A DNA stretch of 64,000 bases from Spirochaetaceae bacterium (GTDB lineage Bacteria > Spirochaetota > Spirochaetia > DSM-2461), in contig OZ245056.1 of the NCBI GenBank assembly GCA_965224705.1, forward strand, positions 2,336,001 to 2,400,000, written 5' to 3'. Positions within the stretch are counted from its first letter, which is position 1. The number at the start of each line of letters is the position of its first letter. Below the pieces are notes generated by a model, which had not been told where the DNA came from, did no database searches, and saw nothing but the letters and a program-made list of their open reading frames with translations. Both the position numbers and the translations under genes were made by a program. Shown in pieces: positions 60,277 to 64,000 of this stretch.

Positions 60277-61137
60277 TTAAGAGGTAAACAATTTGTTTGT
60301 CAGAGCTACCCAGATTTCCGGCCCCATAGTTTCTGCCCTCTGGTTGAGTGCTATCCCCTGATCTCTCAAAATGGATTTGACAGTATCAATACTGGGGAAT
60401 TTTTCAATGTTTCGGGCCGTGTTGAGATTATTATTGATTGTTTTACGCCGTGCATGAAACAGGCTGCGGGTGAGCAGCTGTAATAGATTCAGGTCTGAAA
60501 TCTCTCCATAAGGCTTTGATGGTTCAAGGATTATGATCCGGGATTGTACCCGGGGAACAGGATAAAATGAATTTGGAGATAATCTTCCTCCATCAGTAAT
60601 GCTGTAATTGGCCTGGCAAAGAATTGAAAACGAGGAGTATGCTTTTGTTCCTGTTGAGGCAAGCATGCGCTGAGCCATTTCTTCCTGCACTGTCACAACC
60701 CATCGTTTGGGCATGCATTGAGCTTCTGTAAATGATGCAATGATTGCTGATGCTGCATTGTAGGGAAGATTACCTGTAATTCGGTCTGGATATTCAATTT
60801 CCCATTGATCCTTCCAGGTTTTCATTACATCGCCTGAGATGAGTTTCATGCCTTGAGACGTGTAGGAATCTATGAGCCATTGACAGCAGGCCGGGTCAAT
60901 CTCAAAAACAGTCAGGCAGGAAGATTCGTGTAGTATTAGTTCAGTCATGGCTCCCAGACCTGAACCAATTTCCCAGACTTTTGTGCCAGGTGAGATATCG
61001 AGAAATTCAATGATTTTTTTTCTTGCTCCCTGGTTGATAAGATAGTTTTGCCCCCATCGTTTCCGTGGAGACAGATTATGGGCTTTGAGAAATTTGCGGA
61101 TTGAGGCTGGGGAGTTGTGGTTCAACTGTGTGGACAT
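60277..61137 (-). CDS. rsmA: 16S rRNA adenine dimethyltransferase
   Basis: KRWGQNYL, WEIGSGLGAMT, FEID, GNLPYNAAS, FYPVPRVQS, RRKTI.NNL, RAE. Confidence 0.95.
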   Translation of the reverse strand: MSTQLNHNSPASIRKFLKAHNLSPRKRWGQNYLINQGARKKIIEFLDISPGTKVWEIGSGLGAMTELILHESSCLTVFEIDPACCQWLIDSYTSQGMKLISGDVMKTWKDQWEIEYPDRITGNLPYNAASAIIASFTEAQCMPKRWVVTVQEEMAQRMLASTGTKAYSSFSILCQANYSITDGGRLSPNSFYPVPRVQSRIIILEPSKPYGEISDLNLLQLLTRSLFHARRKTINNNLNTARNIEKFPSIDTVKSILRDQGIALNQRAETMGPEIWVALTNKLFTS

Positions 61138-62557
61138 TGTTCTTATAAAGTGTTGGCAGTATAGTACCGACGGCCATAATTGGCCAAGATAGGAATGGAC
61201 TTACGCGCAAAGCAGGAACTCTGGAGAAGAAACTGGCCATGACTGTCATCAACTCCACCATTGTATCCAGAAAGATTATGTTGAATTCCGTGATTCTGCC
61301 AACTGGAATAAGCATGAGGACTGTTCCAGCAGCCATGGATAATGCGACAGGAGGTGTGAGAAATGCTGCCGATACAATGGCAATGGGTCGCCAGATTCCA
61401 AACGCCTTTGTAATAATTGGCATGGCAGCAGTTTGAGCACCAATACTAATTCCAATAATTCCAGCAGTATGGACAGGGATATAACGTTTGAGAATGCTGC
61501 TTAAACTCAAGCCCCCTGTCAGTATGCCGACAAGTGCCGTATAGCTTAACAGAAATGAAAGGGAGTTGACACTTCGCGGGAAGAGAATTATCTGGAAAAT
61601 GAAGGCAGTACACAGGTAGTTGAGAGGGGATGTCTGATAACCTCTGTATCTGTCTCGTGTCCACATTGTATACATGAGTACCGCCCGTACCAGTGAAGGA
61701 CGGAATCCTGCCATGAGTAGGTAGACGACTACAACCAGGAGTGATGCCATGCTTGAACCTTTCATGCCAAGAATGACCATTGTTATGCGTCTGATTGCAA
61801 CGGCAATTAATCCTACATGAAAACCTGACAGTGCCAGTAGATGCATGCACCCTGCTTCACGGAATTGCCTGATTATACGCGAGCCGGAGTCAATTCTGCG
61901 GCCAAGAATGAGTGCTGAGAGAAATGTAAAAGTATCATGGGAGGTTCTTTCCAGACCCTCACTCATCTTTCCAAGTAAGGAATGTCTCCATTTCAACAGC
62001 CGGGATCTCCATTCATTGGGAGTTATTTCATCCGAATACCAGAATAATGGTTTTTCAGTATACCCTGTCGATTGAATAATACGGCCAAATCCAATCTCCA
62101 GAGGTGACGATTGGCCAAAAACTGTCACTCGTCCTTTTGCTTCTGCGGTCAAGTTTTCCGAACTGGCTTCAAGAAGGATTGCATCGGCGGTCCAGAGGCC
62201 TTTTTTTATGAGAACGGGATCTTCAATCAGCATACATTTCACTTCCCTGACATCCTCCATCCTGATCCCATGGGTGGTTCGAATTGTCTGCAGGGGGATT
62301 CGTATCTGGGACAAACCGGAAATAATAAATCCTGACAGAACGAGTATGAGAATACTTGAAATCTCCCTCAATCGAACCTGCAGTGAGTAATGCCATCTTT
62401 CGGGATGAAACCCGACAAACAGTAAGATCAGAAGAATGAAACCAGTTCCGTAAATAATCCAGTACACAACAGAAATCCAGCCGTATGAACTGACCGCCAG
62501 GTAAACAGCACATCCAGAAGCAATCGGAGGAGGTTTTGACCATTGATGGTTTTTCAT
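61076..62557 (-). CDS. comEC: ComEC/Rec2 family competence membrane protein (no beta-lactamase domain)
   Basis: ALILG, FREAGCMHLLALSGFHV, PSLVRAVLM, SFLLSY.A. Confidence 0.85.
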   Translation of the reverse strand: MKNHQWSKPPPIASGCAVYLAVSSYGWISVVYWIIYGTGFILLILLFVGFHPERWHYSLQVRLREISSILILVLSGFIISGLSQIRIPLQTIRTTHGIRMEDVREVKCMLIEDPVLIKKGLWTADAILLEASSENLTAEAKGRVTVFGQSSPLEIGFGRIIQSTGYTEKPLFWYSDEITPNEWRSRLLKWRHSLLGKMSEGLERTSHDTFTFLSALILGRRIDSGSRIIRQFREAGCMHLLALSGFHVGLIAVAIRRITMVILGMKGSSMASLLVVVVYLLMAGFRPSLVRAVLMYTMWTRDRYRGYQTSPLNYLCTAFIFQIILFPRSVNSLSFLLSYTALVGILTGGLSLSSILKRYIPVHTAGIIGISIGAQTAAMPIITKAFGIWRPIAIVSAAFLTPPVALSMAAGTVLMLIPVGRITEFNIIFLDTMVELMTVMASFFSRVPALRVSPFLSWPIMAVGTILPTLYKNNVHTVEPQLPSLNPQISQSP

Positions 62558-62629
62558 ACTATGGAAGACTGCTTCAAAACCAGTAATCGTGGTTTTCTGT
62601 GAGAAATACTTTTGAGGTGCCCTTTGCGC

Positions 62630-62917
62630 CAGGGTAATCGCATCTAATTCTATCCCAAAAGAATGAAAAACACTGATTTTTGGGGATCGAATGGAGTTTT
62701 CTTCAATAGGAGGAGTTTATCAACTTTTCGTTATCGTTGTGAGGTGAATAATTACCTTAATCACTCTGCGCTCTCTGCGTCCTCTGCGGTTAAAAAACAT
62801 GAATAAGGTATAAACCGCAGAGGACGCGGAGGTACGCAGAGCAATATGCATGAATAAAGACTGATGAATAATTACCTTGAACACTCTGTTTAGTGGATTT
62901 TAGATGCGATTGCCCTG
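62630..62917. mobile_element. MITE family B, 288-bp copy (inverted relative to the 33248 copy)
   Basis: TIRs CAGGGTAATCGCATCTAA / TTAGATGCGATTGCCCTG; exact 10-bp duplication CCCTTTGCGC at 62620-62629 and 62918-62927. Confidence 0.92.
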
Positions 62918-62972
62918 CCCTTTGCGCTGTCTGGACTTGATTCTGGCTCCTTATCAGATTATACTGAGTTCT

Positions 62973-63908
62973 GTGAATTTAAGGCGGTTAATTGAGATAT
63001 CAATCTTCATTGCCCTCTCCTGTGCTGTGGTACACGCTGATGAAGGTGTCCATCCCCTGAGTATTGAAGCTCTGCGGGAGAGGAAGTATTCAGCCGGTAC
63101 CATTACCTTCCTGAATTCAGTTCCTGCACTGGAAGGTTTGGAAGCCCGTGAGTTCCAATATGAATCCGATGGAAATACTGTGTACGGGCTTATCGAAAAA
63201 CCCATTGGAAAAGCTCCGCCGGGCGGCTGGCCTGTTATACTCCTGGCTCACGGTTACATACCGCCGAATCTTTATTCAACCACAAAAAACTATCGTCTGG
63301 TAACTCAGTATTATGCAGCAGGAGGTTTTTTCGTGGTTAAACCTGACTATCGTGGGCATGGGCGGTCTACAAACCGCAGCCGTAGTCCTGCCCGAACGGT
63401 CGATTACACGGTTGATGTAATGAATCTCATCGCCGGACTCAAAATGATCTCCGATGTCGATTCGGAAAACATCTTTCTTTATGGTCATTCCATGGGCGGC
63501 GAAATAGGTCTGAGGATCATGACCATTTCCAATGATCTTAAGGGATCCACACTCTGGGCACCGGTCACCCGAGATTTCCCGGAAAACACCCTGTACTTTC
63601 TCAGGAAACGGAATTACAAAGAAGCCGCCCAGCGACTGGAGTTAATCAACACAGAAATACCCCCTGAAGCCCATGCTTCCATAACACCAAACAACTATCT
63701 GGATTCCATTAATACACCTTTGATCATTCATCATGGGAGTGCAGACGAATCGGTTCCCTTTAATTGGAGTCAACCGTTCCGACAACGCCTCGATGCTGCA
63801 GGAGTTCCTTATACCTTTTATGAGTACCCAGGGGAAAATCATAACATTTCAAAAAGCTTTTATAAGGTAATGACTATCGATATGGAATTTTTTCGAAATC
63901 TAATGTAG
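62973..63908 (+). CDS. Secreted alpha/beta hydrolase (S9 peptidase-like)
   Basis: HGYIPP, PDYRGHG, GHSMGG nucleophile elbow, HHGSADESVP, YPGENH; GTG 62973 gives a signal peptide. Confidence 0.85.
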   Translation: MNLRRLIEISIFIALSCAVVHADEGVHPLSIEALRERKYSAGTITFLNSVPALEGLEAREFQYESDGNTVYGLIEKPIGKAPPGGWPVILLAHGYIPPNLYSTTKNYRLVTQYYAAGGFFVVKPDYRGHGRSTNRSRSPARTVDYTVDVMNLIAGLKMISDVDSENIFLYGHSMGGEIGLRIMTISNDLKGSTLWAPVTRDFPENTLYFLRKRNYKEAAQRLELINTEIPPEAHASITPNNYLDSINTPLIIHHGSADESVPFNWSQPFRQRLDAAGVPYTFYEYPGENHNISKSFYKVMTIDMEFFRNLM

Positions 63909-63940
63909 AGTTTTGATTCCTGTGAGTTAAAATACCTGTC

Positions 63941-64000
63941 TCAGCTGAGTCCTTCCGCATAGGTTTTGAAGCGTTCCAGACTCCTTGCTGTTTCCCTGCG
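63941..64000 (-). CDS. 3' end of a gene entering from the right edge
   Basis: Open frame RRETARSLERFKTYAEGLS* converging on the hydrolase; too short to assign. Confidence 0.35.
   Translation of the reverse strand, partial: RRETARSLERFKTYAEGLS

Noticed and set aside
62904..62972. ATG 62904 as the hydrolase start
   Set aside because: It lies inside the MITE B terminal repeat; GTG 62973 gives a better signal peptide.

Overview
A 64-kb chromosomal window from a spirochete, probably Spirochaetales; the markers are two flaA sheath genes, flgM, a P83/100-family gene, a fused pyrBI and tRNA-Arg(GCG). Most of it is housekeeping: UvrD/PcrA helicase, gpmI, msrA, nadE, rsmI, trkAH, valS, fba, tatD, rsmA, comEC and five tRNAs. 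There are two accessory blocks. The first (4.8-12.8 kb) holds arsC and a 2182-aa lipoprotein built from about 19 Fn3-like and 3 Ig-like repeats, bracketed by MITEs next to a tRNA cluster. The second (33-53.8 kb) holds four nested mobile elements, a 3796-aa secreted protein with a C-terminal M23-like tip, and the operon cysD-cysN(C)-cysteate synthase-alpha-oxoamine synthase. That last enzyme carries the second lysine (K283, 30 residues after the PLP lysine K253) that I recall as the cysteate-specificity residue of Bacteroidota CapB/SulA. This points to a sulfonolipid (capnine) pathway in a spirochete, the top candidate for an undescribed system here. Three MITE families recur across the window. 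All calls come from reading motifs by eye; no database searches were run.
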